A stretch of 64,000 nt of DNA. It comes from Hemiscyllium ocellatum. Lineage: Eukaryota. The translations under genes and the position numbers were made by a program. The notes below the pieces were generated by a model, which was not told the DNA's origin, made no database searches, and saw nothing but the letters and a program-made list of their open reading frames with translations. The stretch is from assembly GCF_020745735.1 (NCBI RefSeq), contig NC_083409.1, positions 23,952,048-24,016,047 on the forward strand. Reading direction: 5' to 3'. The first letter of the stretch is position 1. Each line of letters opens with the position of its first letter. This document shows positions 62,490 through 64,000 of this stretch, one piece after another.

Positions 62490-64000
62490 GAATTTACAGA
62501 GCAAAGGTTGAGGAAGATCCAAAGGGACATTACAAATACATTAAGGACAAAAGGGTAACTAGGGAGAGATTAGGGCTGCTCAAAGATCAGCTCAGTGGCC
62601 TTTGTTTGGAGCCGCAGGAGATGGGGGAGATACTGAGCAAGTATTTTGTGGAAAAGGAAATGGGTGATATAGAATGGAGGGAAATAGATGGTGACGCCTT
62701 GGAAAATGTCCATATATCAGTGGAGGAAGTGCTGGATGTCTTGAAACGCATAAAAATGGATAAATCCTCAGGATCTGATCAGGTGTCCTGTAGAACTCTG
62801 TGGGAAGCTAGAGAAGTGATTGCTGGGCCTCTTGCTGAGATATTTGTATCATCAATAGTCACAGGTGAGGTTCTGGAAGTCTGGAAGTTGGCTAATGTGG
62901 TGCCACTGTTTAAGAAAGGTGTTAAGGACAAGCCAGGGAACTATAGACGAGTGAGCCTGACGTCTTGGTGGGCAAGTTGTTGGAGGGAATTCTGAAGGAC
63001 TGGATGTTCATGTATTTGGAAAGGCAAGGACTGATTAGGGATCGTCAACATGGCTTTCTGCCTGGAAAATCATGTCTCACAAACTTGATTGAGTTTTTTG
63101 AAAAAATAACAAAGAGGATTGATGAGGGCAGAATGGTAGATGGGATCTATATGGATTTCAGTAAGGTGTTCAACAAGATTCCCCATGGGAGACTGGTTAG
63201 CAAGGCAAGATCTCACCGAATACAGGGAGAAATGGCCATTTGGATACAGAAATGGCTCAAAAGTAGAAGACAGAGGGTGGTGTTGGAGGGTTGTTTTGCA
63301 GATTGGAGACCTGTGACCAGTGGAGTGCCACAAAGATCATTGCTACATTTCATCAGTTATATAAATGATTTGGATGTGTGCTAAAGAGGTAGAGTTAGTA
63401 AGTTTTCAGATAACACCAAAATTGGAGGTGTAGTGGACAGCGAAGAAGGTTATCTCAGATTATAATGGGATCTTGATCAGATGAGCCAATGGGCTGAGGA
63501 GTGGCAGATGGAATTTGATTTAGATAAATGCTACATTTTCGGAAAGCAAATCTTAGCAGGACTTATACACTTAATGGTAAAGTCCTAGGGAGTTTTGCTG
63601 AACAAAGAGACCTTGGAGTGCAGGTTCATAGCTCCTTGAAAGTAGATTCGCAGGTAGATAGGATAGTGAAGAAGGCATTTGGTATGCTTCCCTTTCTTGT
63701 TCAGAGTATTGAGAGCAGGAGTTGGGAGGTCATGTTGTGGCTGAACAGGACATTGCTTAGACCAAGTTTGGAATATTCTGTGCAATTCTGGTTTCCTTCC
63801 TTTCAGAAGGATGTTGTAAAACTTGAAAAGGTTGAGAAAAGATTTCAAAGGATGTTGCCAGGTTTGGAGGATTTGAGCTACAGGAAGAGGTTGAATAGGC
63901 TAGGGCTGTTTCCCTTGGAACGTTGTAGGCTGAGGAATGGCCTTTTGGGGGTTTAAAAAATCATGAGGGGCATAGGGTAGATAGACAAAGTCTTTTCCCT
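62490..64000 (+). mobile_element. CR1 ORF2, degenerate, running off the window end
   Basis: ORFs 62606, 62965 and 63528 with YMDFSKVFNKIPH and GVPQ motifs. Confidence 0.9.

Overview
Cartilaginous-fish (shark) genomic DNA. One complete, unrearranged (split) immunoglobulin kappa-type light-chain cluster (NS4/type III-like) lies on the minus strand: promoter about 13.9 kb, leader 13747-13795, V 13264-13560 with 12-RSS, J 12786-12820 with 23-RSS, a 10.6-kb TE-filled J-C intron, C 1809-2137 and polyA signal 1315-1320. The rest is mostly CR1-type and other LINEs, HE1/V-SINEs, Penelope-like elements with decayed hammerhead ribozyme cores and a Gypsy relic. By-eye alignment shows the ~50 kb upstream of V is not random repeat. 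It holds decayed paralogous copies of the cluster's upstream unit in alternating orientation: U 14.7-26.8 kb (-), B 28.2-46.6 kb (+), D 46.6-47.9 kb (-, partial) and C ~51.2 to at least 62.4 kb (+). No V-J-C follows B, and D lacks its V-proximal part. Short non-TE-like modules in these units are 95-97% identical while adjacent TE-derived sequence is about 80%. The best is a triplicated 184-bp module with an exact PU.1/IRF composite (GGAAGTGAAA) plus RUNX, NF-Y and nearby E-box motifs, a candidate shark Ig light-chain enhancer. Identities are hand counts and TE boundaries are approximate. No CRISPR, rRNA or tRNA genes were found.
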